From Psammoneis japonica (lineage: Eukaryota), in contig QPGO01000083.1 of the NCBI GenBank assembly GCA_008632985.1, positions 285,075 through 349,074 of the forward strand: 64,000 nucleotides of DNA, read 5' to 3'. Every line of letters starts with the position of its first letter. Position 1 is the stretch's first letter. Below the pieces are notes generated by a model. The model did no database searches and was not told the DNA's origin. It was given only the letters and a program-made list of their open reading frames with translations. Shown here piece by piece: positions 11,730 through 22,892 of the stretch. The position numbers and the translations under genes are program-made.

Positions 11730-12339
11730 GGAGCCATTCGCTAAAGGTATGCAGTATTCGCGGCGTATTTTAGCGTACTTTTTTCGTTAGAGCAGTTTAG
11801 AAAACGAGAATAAATTCCGTACGACCAATGTGCTTTGAAGAATTCATGGTGACGTCCCAGTACATTTGTTATATATTTCTGATTATCTAAAACGATACGA
11901 CTTCATGGTTGTAGTCACATTTGAGCTTTTCATCAGACTTAAGCAATGAATCTAGCTCTAGAGCTAGTGAGATACTAGTAGAGGGCCTCTACTGGTAGCA
12001 ACTAGAGCTAGGTACTCTAGCTAGAAGTAGAGAATAGAGCGTAGCTAACGATAGTATTTTACGACAAGCTCTGGAGAGAGCGCAGCGGCTTCTGGTTCCA
12101 AAAGATAATCATTGTCACATCTTCAATCGATTGCCCTATCCTTCTTCAATTACAAATCAGTCTCCTTGTTCCAGATATAGACCATGCTTCTTCTTAGTAT
12201 GCTTCAAGCGGTACTCTTTTGATGCTCTTGCTTCCTCCAGAGTTGTTTAAGGATGTATCTGGTACAGTAGAACAGAAGGATGTCCCCGGTCAAGTGTATG
12301 ATTTAAAAAATGATTACCACTGTTTTCAAGCCCATTCTT

Positions 12340-15300
12340 TTATTTAGATTCCGGTAGATTCCGATTCGGTTCGTTCTGTTGCGCGTAACCACTCCCATTG
12401 TGGCTACTGCTGCTACTAGTAGTGCCTTGCCCCTGCTGCCACGGGCCACCGTTATTGTAACCAGACATGGATTGGAGCCCCTGTCGAAACTTCATCCGAA
12501 AGGATTCTAGTTTCTCGTCTGATTCGGTGAGGGAGGACGCCGGGGCAGAACTCGGATCTTGTTGCGGTGTTCCAGACGCATACCGGTAGCCACCGCCTTG
12601 CTCGGGATTTCCCGCATACGGCTGATGCATTCCTCCGCCCACTCCGTACGGATAGTGGGAGTAGTACCCTTGCGAAGCGTGATGTTGCGGAGGAGGAGGA
12701 GGAGAATATCGGTGAGGTTGCTGTTGATGCGGAGGAGAAAATCGGTGAGGTTGCTGCTGATGCGGAGGTGGCGGAGAGTATCGGTGAGGATGCTGCTGAT
12801 GTGGTGGAGGAGGGGGGGAATGTCGTTGAGGATGCTGCGGAGGAGGCGGAGAATGACGAGGTGGATAGGATGCTGCGGTCGCTGGTTCGTGGTACTCGTA
12901 TTGTGGTTGTGGTGGTGCAGCATGGTAGTTGCTAGATGTCGCACTAGCCGCGGTAGCATGTGGTGACGCACGACCTGCACTTGGCATCATTTGCGACGAC
13001 TGCTGTGAAGGGGCGGAACCACCAACAAACCCATTCGCAAGAGTCGCAAGCGCTTCCAGTGCTTCGGTCCTCTTGTCAGACGGCTGTTGAGATGTTGCGG
13101 CAGGAGGAGGGGCTTGGCTGTAAGAGGGTGCAGCCGAAGCATGGTTGTAAGAGGGCGCAGCTGGAGCCTGACTGTATGAGCTGGCCACCGGAGCTCCACC
13201 ATAAGAAGGCGCTGCATTAACTTGGTTGTAGGGAGAGGCAGCTCGAGCTTCGCCGTATGAAGTGGTGTCTCGAGCTTGGTTGTACATAGGGGCGACAGGG
13301 GCTAGGCTGCTGCTCAACCACGTATCAGCCGGTTGCGCTGATTCAGAGTAAAATGGGTTGGCACGCTCCATCCTTTCATTCCTTGCTGTTTCTACAACCG
13401 ACGGACGCACTTCTTGAGCCTGTTCGCTCTGCGCCTCAATCAGCCTCTGCATCATTTCAGCACGTCGCTTTTCCTTGACTTGATGATCTTCTTGACGCCG
13501 TTCTTCTTGTACCTCTAGAATCTGTTTGGCTTCTTCTCGTTCAATCCGTTTTCGCTCTGCTTCCTCTCGTTTCCTTTGCTTCTCTTCCTCCAACTTCTTT
13601 TGACGTTTGGCTTCTCGTCTCTTTTGATCGGCGCGCCGTCTCTTTTCCGTACGAATCCGAATCTTTTCCGCCTTTTCTCGTTCTTCCTTTTCCTTTTGAG
13701 CACGGGCAATCGCCTCAAAGTCCACCGGTAATTCCCGCTTGCCGCACTTGTGCAGCACCATTCGTCCAAGACAAGCGTCACAAACATTGCTATCAAGTTC
13801 CACTGTATTGGAATCGTCTGCTATCGCGTTGGGCTTTTGCGCCACGTTCTTGGCGTCGTTTTCGACAGCCGGGGAAGCAGTATCCTTTTGCATTGCGGTA
13901 GAATCTGCCTCTGTTTCCTTTGTATTCGATGGAGCGTTTGAATTTTCCACCCCTGACACTTTCTGAGCCGCTAGAGAAGATGTCTCGTCCATTGAAACTT
14001 GAGAGGAAAGGGTGGCGGCTTCTTCCTTGGTTTCTTCCACCGACCCTGCAACAGCAGGTCCATTCGCCGTTGCTAAAGCAGCAGTAATACTAGCAGCCGC
14101 TGGTGCAACAACCTCCCCTGTAGCGCTTGTTTCCGTTGCCTTCACTGGCTCTCCCCCACTAGCAGCAGCAGATTCAGTCCCTCTTATAACGCTCATTGCC
14201 ACGGATACTCCTCCACTAGCTGCAAAAGTCGTAGAAACAACTGGATCACTCTCCCTTGCGGTTGCGGTCGTTTCCACTGGCATGGCTGGTTCTGCCCCAC
14301 GCTCTCTAGTACAAGCATCTGTCTCTCTTGGTACATTTGCGTCCACTCTTGGCAAGCTTGCTTCCATTGTCCCCCCACTGCTTGCTGCTGCTGCCGTTGT
14401 AGTAGCCCCATTTCTTCTTTCCCCTTGCTCAATCACATTGTCAGATGTTTCCTCTTCACCATTCTTCTTGATTTCCAATTCATCCCGTTTTATTTGCAAG
14501 TTTGATCCACGTCCCTTGGACCATGCTTGTCGTGCCATCATGTAGGATTGCAATTGGGGTACAAGACTTGCCTTCATGAGTGCTTCGAGATTGGCCGTAC
14601 GACCACGCTTGTTGCGGGAACCTCCTACTGGCCGTGTAGCAGCTGCTGCCGCAGCCGTGGGTTTCTTTCGATCGATAAAACAACGTTCCGTTTCGAGTGC
14701 ACGATCGACTTGGGGTAAAAGAGACAAGTAGTCTTGTGGAAAAACGTCATGTTGTGGTTGTTGTGCTGAAGCAGCATTCATTCCGCCACTCGCTGTAGCT
14801 GCAACCTTGCTCGTCTCGCTTTGTAACCGTTGCTTCAAGTAGGGTTCTGGATGACACGGCAAGTGCAGTAGTGCTTCTTCCGCTTGATCGTCATCGTCCA
14901 CAACTTGGACAATGGTTGCATTCAATTCTTCGAGTCGTTGCTGTTCTTCAACACTTTTTCGTAACGCCAAGGCCAATTCTTCATCCACAACTTCTTCTTC
15001 TTCTTCTACTTGTTGTTCTTGTAACACGACATGATCGACAACCACGGCATCGACTTCATCTTCGTCTTCTACATAAACCAAATTATCCGAAATGACTTGA
15101 TATCCCGGTGGATACATGATACCCGGCCATTCACTTTTAAGGGTAGACACCATTTGAACACACTGACCCTGTTGTGTCGTCAATAACAACCGTTCGTTTC
15201 TATATAAAACACAAGTAATCCCGTCTGGGGTGGGTCCCGCCAAGAGAAAGGCCGTATGCTTACCATCGGATGGAGCATCCCACATGTGCAATGTATTCTT

Positions 15301-16938
15301 GTATTCGACGGGTTGTCGAAAGGCATTGGGAACACCCACCACCAAGACATTTTGTAAATTTTCATCCTCCTCTTGATTCATGGATTGTTTCTTCTCGTCA
15401 CGATATACCAATTCATCCTCTCGAATTGTCATGTTGTTTTGTTGTTGTTGCGCAATGAAAAAACAATCTTGCCAAACAACCGAATGTCCATGCAAGGAAA
15501 TTGTTTCACCATAGACACGCAAGAGTGAAAGGGAGGACGTTTCAAACAGTCGTAATCCACGGGTCGATGCCACCAAGGTATAATTGCCTCGTGGTGATTG
15601 CGAAAGGGCTTGTGTCGATACGGTCTTGGTACCATTGACACGAAGAGGAATGGGTGCACGTTGTTGAACCACCATGGTTTGCAAATCCACCAAGAGCAAT
15701 TCTTGTGATGGAACTGCAACAGAATCATTCGTAGTATCATCATACAACAGCGTCACCATGAGGAATCGTTTCTCATTGGACTTATCCCACATGGCGGCGC
15801 ATTTCGGACCCAGCTTGATTGGTTTCTTCTCCTTTGCATCTAATGGCACAACTTGCATGGACTCTACTGATTTTTCGTTTGTAGTCTTTAAAAGGACCAA
15901 CGGATTCAATGTAGATGTCGCACCATGACAAAAACTTGCCAGACAACCTGATGATGATTTGGGATGCAAATCCATCCGTGTCGCGGGTCCTTCTTCATGC
16001 ATCAAGGTGTGTGTCCATACAATTGTATTTTGAACTACATCAATCATTTCCACCTCCGACTTGGTTGAAAGACACACTTTAGTACCACACAAACACAAAC
16101 TGACAATGGCATTTGGATGTTGGGACGCAATCGTTTTGTACGATTTCAAATCCGGTACACGAATGCCGTATTTTGTTGTTGTCTTTTTGTTTTTGGAAAT
16201 CTTGCACAATTCGACAAACTCCCGTGTCGAAGCACTCGTGGATAATAGAGAAATGGGTAATGGCATGGGAGCATCCAATGAATACACGGAAACAAATCCC
16301 GCCGTATCACCCAAGAGTAAATGATGATCCGACGCCGTGCTGCATGTCACAGCACGAGATACCAACGACGCGTCGGGTTTTAATGTTTTTTCGGAATCAT
16401 AATCCAATGGATGGTAAACATCCTGGACTGGAATGGACGTCCACTTCGGTTTCGGTGCTTGTCGTGGAGTTCCCAAACCACGGCCAAACGCAAGTGACGT
16501 GGAGGGATTTCGTTTCAAGCGTTGCAACAGTGATTGAGAAGAAGACTTGTCAAGCATGGGAAACATGGGTGCTACCGATACGGCGTGGGGCAATACATGA
16601 TCGACTTGTGGTTCCGGAGAGTCTGGTGGTACTGCAGCTTGTTCTGGACTGGTACTCGAAGCAGCAAAACTCAGAGGACGTTTGCGACGACGACGGCCGC
16701 CCCGTGGTGTCGTCGCGGATGATGATGCAGCGAGAGATTCAGATTCTTCTTCATGACTTGCTTGTTCTCCTTTTTTCTTTTTCGTAGTAAACGTCGATGG
16801 ATTCGAATCGGTATAATGTTGCACCGGCTTGCGATGACGACGGCGGCTGTAGTTGCTGCTGTTGGTGCCCACCATGGTGGTGTGTTGTGACTCTTGTTTT
16901 TTCATGTGGCTGTCAAATGCGCAAGTGGAATGGACCAA
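12340..16938 (-). CDS. Large protein with WD40-like region resembling RBBP5/Swd1, UIM-like motif, CxxC-H-C knuckle, coiled coil and H/P/Q-rich tail
   Basis: 1532-aa ORF. The beta-propeller-like N-half ends in EWPGIMYPPGYQVISDNLVYVEDEDEVD (similar to the RBBP5 WSAFAPDF..ENVEYEE motif, from memory). Also EELALALRKSVEE (UIM-like), CDACLGRMVLHKC and HRYSPPP repeats. Confidence 0.6.
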   Translation of the reverse strand: MVHSTCAFDSHMKKQESQHTTMVGTNSSNYSRRRHRKPVQHYTDSNPSTFTTKKKKGEQASHEEESESLAASSSATTPRGGRRRRKRPLSFAASSTSPEQAAVPPDSPEPQVDHVLPHAVSVAPMFPMLDKSSSQSLLQRLKRNPSTSLAFGRGLGTPRQAPKPKWTSIPVQDVYHPLDYDSEKTLKPDASLVSRAVTCSTASDHHLLLGDTAGFVSVYSLDAPMPLPISLLSTSASTREFVELCKISKNKKTTTKYGIRVPDLKSYKTIASQHPNAIVSLCLCGTKVCLSTKSEVEMIDVVQNTIVWTHTLMHEEGPATRMDLHPKSSSGCLASFCHGATSTLNPLVLLKTTNEKSVESMQVVPLDAKEKKPIKLGPKCAAMWDKSNEKRFLMVTLLYDDTTNDSVAVPSQELLLVDLQTMVVQQRAPIPLRVNGTKTVSTQALSQSPRGNYTLVASTRGLRLFETSSLSLLRVYGETISLHGHSVVWQDCFFIAQQQQNNMTIREDELVYRDEKKQSMNQEEDENLQNVLVVGVPNAFRQPVEYKNTLHMWDAPSDGKHTAFLLAGPTPDGITCVLYRNERLLLTTQQGQCVQMVSTLKSEWPGIMYPPGYQVISDNLVYVEDEDEVDAVVVDHVVLQEQQVEEEEEVVDEELALALRKSVEEQQRLEELNATIVQVVDDDDQAEEALLHLPCHPEPYLKQRLQSETSKVAATASGGMNAASAQQPQHDVFPQDYLSLLPQVDRALETERCFIDRKKPTAAAAAATRPVGGSRNKRGRTANLEALMKASLVPQLQSYMMARQAWSKGRGSNLQIKRDELEIKKNGEEETSDNVIEQGERRNGATTTAAAASSGGTMEASLPRVDANVPRETDACTRERGAEPAMPVETTATARESDPVVSTTFAASGGVSVAMSVIRGTESAAASGGEPVKATETSATGEVVAPAAASITAALATANGPAVAGSVEETKEEAATLSSQVSMDETSSLAAQKVSGVENSNAPSNTKETEADSTAMQKDTASPAVENDAKNVAQKPNAIADDSNTVELDSNVCDACLGRMVLHKCGKRELPVDFEAIARAQKEKEEREKAEKIRIRTEKRRRADQKRREAKRQKKLEEEKQRKREEAERKRIEREEAKQILEVQEERRQEDHQVKEKRRAEMMQRLIEAQSEQAQEVRPSVVETARNERMERANPFYSESAQPADTWLSSSLAPVAPMYNQARDTTSYGEARAASPYNQVNAAPSYGGAPVASSYSQAPAAPSYNHASAAPSYSQAPPPAATSQQPSDKRTEALEALATLANGFVGGSAPSQQSSQMMPSAGRASPHATAASATSSNYHAAPPQPQYEYHEPATAASYPPRHSPPPPQHPQRHSPPPPPHQQHPHRYSPPPPHQQQPHRFSPPHQQQPHRYSPPPPPQHHASQGYYSHYPYGVGGGMHQPYAGNPEQGGGYRYASGTPQQDPSSAPASSLTESDEKLESFRMKFRQGLQSMSGYNNGGPWQQGQGTTSSSSSHNGSGYAQQNEPNRNLPESK

Positions 16939-17121
16939 TCAGAATTGAGATACGTAGAATTGTACGTGCACAGTACTAGCCATGCTGGCGTGGCCAATGC
17001 TGTTCTCGATTTTCGCGGGCGCGATTTTATTTTTTGTGCGTGACGGACACCGTCTGTCCATCTCAACGTTCCTCATCGCCAACGTGCACGTCCGTCCTCT
17101 CACAAAACAAAAGAACCAACC

Positions 17122-18471
17122 ATGACGACACCGCAACAGCATCACCAAGACAACACGTACGAAGCCACTCGGGCTCGTCAATCGACTCATTCTCAACCTG
17201 ACAAGATTACATGGACTCAATCATCAGCTTTTCGAGACAATCCGTATCGGTTGTTGCACCATCAAAAGGGTTTGATTGGAAAATTTCGCATTCAATTGCT
17301 CGAAGCTGCTGAACTCAAACGTTCGTATTGGAGCGCTCTTGCACTGGGACCCGTGAAACATTTGGGTTTGTCAAAAGCACATGGACCCATTTCGAGTTTT
17401 GCGCAGTTTGGATTGGCGTTTGAAGAAAATGAAGTCAAGGAAAGCATTGCCGATTTGAATCAAAAGAAGCGAGCAAAACCGAGAATTGTGGGATGGACTC
17501 CTCAGAGCGATGTGGTACATTCACCGGTGATTTCCCAAAATGACAATCCCGTATGGCAATCGTGTGAGTTTGAATTGCCACTCCGCAAGGGAAGTATGCC
17601 ACGCGATGGAATGCCAATATTACTTCAGGTGCGCATGGATGAGGATGTGAGTGCGGCCGAAAACGTAATTCCTGTCGGAGTGCCGTCTCCCGATGAGCGT
17701 TTGTTGGGAACGGGATCACTTGATATTTCATCGCTTTGTCTAGGAACGACTCTAGATGGCAGCCCACAAGTCAGTGTCATGGAAGCATGGATCCCACTGG
17801 AATTGAAAAAGAATGTAGACGAGGATGGCATCATGGCTGCCCTCTATGAACACGATCCCAAGGCGGCTGCACTTCGAGAGGCTGAAAAACAACAACGAGA
17901 GCAAGAAGAATCCTGTATAAAAGGTCGTGTCCGAGTACTGGTTTCTTATACTCCATATGGACTAGAGCCTCGTCATAATGATTGGGTCGCCATGGAGGCC
18001 TTTGCTCGGCGATCGCCTACGCACAATGGCATGACTCCCCTCGTACCTCCCATGTCGCCATTTCGCGTCATGGATGTTTGTGGTTCTCATTTATTGCTAG
18101 AGTACACGTTGCCAAAGTCTGGTAGGAAAGCTACAATGCGACTACACCGGAATGCCGTGTTTGTGATTGAACGCCAAAATGTGGTGGATGGTGTCGTCAA
18201 TCTTGCAATGCTTCCGACCGACATTTGGATGTCTACCGGCATTGGTCAATCGACGGCACGCGTTACGGCGCCCGTGGTTTCTGCCGTGGGTGAACTCGTT
18301 ACACCTGCGGTTTTGACTTGTCGCATCATTGTCAATGTGATCAAAACAACAGCCTTGGCGGGTCTTTCGGGTGTCTCGGCCGCAACCGGTGCCGCCGTGG
18401 CTGCAGCCACCCATGCCGACGAACGGCGACAACACCAAGCGGGATTTGTACGACAAGAGCGGTTTGTGTAG
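17122..18471 (+). CDS. C2-domain-like protein, copy B (449 aa)
   Basis: Intact ORF differing from copy A at 5 residues seen (V/I, Q/H, D/G, Q/Y, L/M). Head-to-head with the 1532-aa gene, 183 bp apart. Confidence 0.75.
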   Translation: MTTPQQHHQDNTYEATRARQSTHSQPDKITWTQSSAFRDNPYRLLHHQKGLIGKFRIQLLEAAELKRSYWSALALGPVKHLGLSKAHGPISSFAQFGLAFEENEVKESIADLNQKKRAKPRIVGWTPQSDVVHSPVISQNDNPVWQSCEFELPLRKGSMPRDGMPILLQVRMDEDVSAAENVIPVGVPSPDERLLGTGSLDISSLCLGTTLDGSPQVSVMEAWIPLELKKNVDEDGIMAALYEHDPKAAALREAEKQQREQEESCIKGRVRVLVSYTPYGLEPRHNDWVAMEAFARRSPTHNGMTPLVPPMSPFRVMDVCGSHLLLEYTLPKSGRKATMRLHRNAVFVIERQNVVDGVVNLAMLPTDIWMSTGIGQSTARVTAPVVSAVGELVTPAVLTCRIIVNVIKTTALAGLSGVSAATGAAVAAATHADERRQHQAGFVRQERFV

Positions 18472-18626
18472 TTTTGAAAGTTTTTGATAACTGCCTAGCT
18501 TGCGCTCCGGGGCAGTTTTGTTTTAGACAAAAAGAGCCAACCATCGTCGTTATTAACTCATCATTTTTCGGTAAGGCCGTTGGTGTTCATGTTGCCAAAC
18601 CTTGATTAGAACCGGAATCATTGTAT

Positions 18627-19200
18627 TTAAGCGCCTTGTTGTATTGTGGGTGAGGTGAATTTGGCCCCGTCCTGCAGACGCGCAAAGAGCAAATCGACCG
18701 CCACGCCTTCAATGGTAAATTTAATAACGGGCGTATACGCGGCCGGAATGGGATGCAGGTCCGTCACGCAACCATGTTGTTCCAACAGCTGTACCAGTGA
18801 CGAGGAAAAGTCACTCCGCGTCTTAATGGGGAGGGCGCCGCAGAGCGAGCAAATCCAGGTCGGCGTAAGGACCGTGTACGCCCAATCGGTATGTATAATA
18901 GGAACAAAAGGATATCAGAGCCACTCGTGGCCGTTGCCATTATTTGTTGAAAACCTGATTGTTATTGGTTGTTGTTTTTTGGCTTGATGGAAGCGGCCCA
19001 TCCCATTGGTAAAGAATTCGCTCGAGAGATTGGAGAGCAAGCTTGCGTTGATTAGCCCCTCCTGTGAATCGAACAGATCGAGAGAGACAAAGGTTTGTCT
19101 CAATTCTTCCGATTGTTGAGGAACATTCTGTGTAGCACAAATGGGCCGAAGCGAGTGTTGCTCCGGATTGACCTGAGCTACGACCAGACTCCGTCTTTTA
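18627..19200 (-). pseudogene. Truncated, frameshifted poly(A) polymerase N-terminal fragment
   Basis: Minus-strand fragments LDLFDSQEG..RKLALQSLERILYQW, YRLGVHGPYADLDLLAL (~18841-18891), then in another frame DFSSSLVQLL..VTDLHPIPAAYTPVIKFTIEGVAVDLLFARL. These match the canonical PAP nucleotidyltransferase core. Confidence 0.75.
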
Positions 19201-19581
19201 TGGAAGTGACTTGTATTCTGGTGGCTACCGCTCGGTGGAAAGTGATGATTCCTTATACGTGGATTCGAACGACGCCGACCTTTTCCTTTCTTTGTTACAC
19301 TACTTGGAGCTGATGGGGGCGGTTCAGGGATGATTCCATGGCAGAAGATGTGGCGCCGTTCTGTTTTGACTACGACACCTGATGGTGAGCCATGGCCCAT
19401 GGCCATGCTTACGGTGGGCGTGATAGAGCGAGTGGATCGTGTTCGCTTTGTCGAGCTTCGAGCTGCTGTGCTCAGCGCATTATTTTCGCACAGTTTTGGA
19501 CAGTTGCTGTTGACTCAGCAACTTCTAGTATTCTTATCTTTTTACCGTCACAACTGCAACTACCGTTTCTCCTCTTTCCTA

Positions 19582-20304
19582 TCAGAGCGGACCACAATAC
19601 GAAAAATCGCCGGGACATTCCACATCGGGGCAAGCGCTCGTAGGGTCAACTTCCGCAGCTTCGGCAAGAGCAGTCGAGAGGCAGCACGCAAGACAGGCAA
19701 GATCGACTGCAAGTCCATTGCCGGTCGGGCTGATGTCCGGGTCGACGTCCTTGAATATCTCGGCCAATTGCTCGGACGCCATGAACTTGACAAACGACGT
19801 TGTCTTGGCGGCCAAGACCCGGGTCAAATTCTTGACCTTGTCAATCTTGAGCTGGCGAGCCTCCATGTGGCTCGTTGGCAGACTCGCTTTGACGAGACCT
19901 CCCACCAGTCCGCGCAGGAGCCGGCGGCCCTGCTGCTGGAGGATGGATTGAACCTGGGCGTTGACGTCGGCCTGCTTGTCCGTTAGAATCGTGTACTTGC
20001 TGCAACTCAAGTACTCTTCAATCTCTGGAAGTTGACTGGTGGTAATGAAGTTGAGAATAACAGCGAGCTTCCAAGCTTCCGAGGCCACGAGCTGAGCCGA
20101 CGTGATATCATCACTTCCCAACCAAGTAAGGTCGGTGATAAAAGCATCAATGAGAAGTTGCGTCCCCTCAATCATGGGCTCAACAACGGACTTGACCTTG
20201 GCGTCCAGATACTTGTACAGAGGGTTCTTGCAGATTTCGTCAGGCTTGCCTGCCGAAGCGAAGACGGCGGATGCCACGAGCAAAAGGGGACGGAAAAGCT
20301 TCAT
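19582..20304 (-). CDS. Secreted hypothetical protein
   Basis: Signal-peptide-like MKLFRPLLLVASAVFASAG, GC3-rich codon usage, internal RRLLRG motif, Cys-rich C-terminus. Confidence 0.65.
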   Translation of the reverse strand: MKLFRPLLLVASAVFASAGKPDEICKNPLYKYLDAKVKSVVEPMIEGTQLLIDAFITDLTWLGSDDITSAQLVASEAWKLAVILNFITTSQLPEIEEYLSCSKYTILTDKQADVNAQVQSILQQQGRRLLRGLVGGLVKASLPTSHMEARQLKIDKVKNLTRVLAAKTTSFVKFMASEQLAEIFKDVDPDISPTGNGLAVDLACLACCLSTALAEAAEVDPTSACPDVECPGDFSYCGPL

Positions 20305-20619
20305 CTTGTGATGTGAATGGAGCAATGTTTTCAGACTGAAGAATGCACCAGTTGCAGTTGGCAGTTGGCATCCGAAAGTGAAAAGTGAAGTTCAGTCGGC
20401 AGTGATAAAATTTGGAGTGAAGTACATGTACTGTAATCACGTAGAAATGTTCGTATTTTTTCTAGTACTGTACTGCACGGTGCTAATCTCAGCGACATAG
20501 TATCGTAGAAATATGTTCTTTGTACCAGAAGCATATATCTATGAATAATATATTGCGCTGGCAGCGCTGCCGACAGATTTCTCTTTTTTCCCACACTTCA
20601 CCGTGACGAAAAAAATGGT

Positions 20620-22130
20620 GAGTCGCCGTTGCTTTCGACGATGTCGTTTGCCAGAAGTGATGAGTACGAGTGTGATGTTTTGACAAATTATTGCTAATCA
20701 ACGTCAATACTAACGATATTGCTAAAAACATCACACTCGTACTCACCAGGAGACCGTTTTTGGACGATGCTACTGTTGGCACCGCTGCAAAGCAAAATGG
20801 TACGTGCAGCTGCTGTTGATGATATAGTTTGCCGAAAATAATACGTATGAGGACTATGTTTTGATGAAACATTGGCGTTCAATGTCAATACTAAATACAC
20901 ATGTAAAAACATCGCTCTCGTATTATTCAGGAGACCGTTTTGTGACGACCCTGCTGTTGGCTGTTGACACCGCGGCAAAAGTTTCAGCATGTTCCCTCGG
21001 CGAGTCAAAAGTTAGGAATACTCGTTGCTTATTCACTTTGGCTATCACAGTCAGCTCTCGCGCTGTCTTATAGATATATAGGAATGGAAAAAGGTGTTCA
21101 CGAAGCGCATTGCCATTTGGTGGTGGCTTTGATGCGCCCAGACCAGTCCATCTCGTCGTTTTTCAGCATGTTCCCTCCACCGAGTCAACAGGTAAGAACA
21201 CTCGTAGTGCTTTCACTTTAGCTCATGTAGTCATCTCTCATATTGTCTAATACATTTAGAGGCCCTCTGATGGTCTGTCCCGTCTCTTCCGTTCGCCGTC
21301 GGCAGTTTTCGGAAGGTTCGCTACTTCAGTGCGTCATTCCTGTTGCTCTCTTTGTACCTAATTAGCTTAACATTTGCTGTGAATGACATGTCAACAATCT
21401 ATAAAAAATAACTGTGTTGCACTAGGTTTAGAAGTTCTTCAGACAGTAGGAGTGACTAGCCACCCCCTGACCTTGACGACCAAGTGCGCCCAAAAATGCC
21501 AAGTTCCGGCCTCTCCTTGCGCCACCAAGGTCGCAAATTGTAATAAGTCAAACATTTATCTCGTCATAACAATCCAAAACAATGTTGGATGCACTGTCAC
21601 AATATTCTACACCGTTCCTAGCCCCACAAGCGACCGGCAACTGCCGACCGAGGACCAAAGCTCGAAACAAAAATGTTGTGTTCCGGCCTCTTATTGCACC
21701 ACCAAGACCGCATATTGAAATGACTCAAGCACATATCTCGTCATGACGACCCAAAGCAACACTCGATGCCCTGTTACAGGTTTCTTAATCGTTTCTAGCC
21801 CCACAAGCAACCGGCAACTAGCGACCGGAGAAAACAAAAAGCCGCGCCATGTCCATCAAAATGCTAAAGAAACACAAAACCTTTAGAAGACGCTAACAAA
21901 ACAACAACACCATCATACTCTTCGTATTCGAATTACCTTGTACCAATGCTATTGACGCCAGAACATCGTCCCACTGAAGTCCGATTTATGAATAGAGCGA
22001 AGTTGCGGAGAAAACAAAAAATCACCCTGTCCGTCTAAATGCCAAAGAAACACAAAACCTTTAGAAGATACCAACAAAAAACCAGCTCCATCATACTCAT
22101 TATATTCGAATTACCTTGCATCAATGCTCT
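20620..22130. repeat. Four successive imperfect tandem dimers with periods of about 181, 179, 177 and 178 bp
   Basis: Anchor pairs: caggagaccgtttt 20747/20928; cagcatgttccctc 20985/21164; ctagccccacaagc 21618/21795; aaagaaacacaaaacctttagaaga 21866/22044. Confidence 0.8.
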
Positions 22131-22370
22131 TAACCCTGTTATATTTTCCCAGTGACGGTGTATTCATGAACGCCGTGCCGCCATGGTGTTTTATTCTCGC
22201 CTTTTTCGCGAGTCCAGACACTCTTTGAGGTTATGGGCTTAAACCATACTGTGTCGCTTCGCGCGTAGAAAAAAAGCACCGTGACTGAAATTCTTAAAAT
22301 CAGAACCGCTACCAACTTTTATGTTGTAAAAAGTTAATGAATATCCCTGCTTATTATTTACGAGCTCGAA

Positions 22371-22680
22371 TTTGCACAGACATGCTCCAGAGCGTATCTT
22401 TGCGTTTACGTAGCTTTTGTACCAGTCGCATTGTAGAGTGATGTTATTCGCCTGCCCAACGAACTCTTTCTCGTACATAAAATATTTCTCACGCCTGCCG
22501 GATAGGTTGGAGGTTCATTTTCCTGGTACTGTACAGTCACGTAGAATTTAACGCAGCTGCACAGATGGTCTCTGGAGACCATCTGTGCAGGATAGTGCAC
22601 AGAGATGGTCTCTGGAGACCATCTGTGCATGAGACCCTGTCCAAACACTGTCATACGTGTGATCACACCTGACGTCATAG
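22371..22680. repeat. Dispersed repeat end with two tandem near-perfect hairpins (probable non-autonomous DNA element terminus)
   Basis: ctgcacagatggtctc-tg-gagaccatctgtgcag at 22557-22590 (16-bp arms) and a variant at 22596-22629. Homologous to 1-250, and 22632-22670 recurs inverted at ~28245-28282. Confidence 0.7.
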
Positions 22681-22892
22681 CGCCTAAAATGAGCCTCTTC
22701 GAAAAAATTGGTGGTCACCAGCCCTGTGCATGACGCAATTTTGGGCCACACCAACTTTCATGAGGATGTTTGTTCTCGCCAGAACAGACTTCCTCTGAAA
22801 CATCATGCCCCAAACATCATGCCCCACCGACAAAACACGAAAACAACTGACATGCATCATTTTTTGATGTGGCCAAAGCTCACGTGGCTGTG

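Noticed and set aside
20620..22130. CRISPR array
   Set aside because: No short identical repeat with unique spacers, no cas genes, eukaryotic context.
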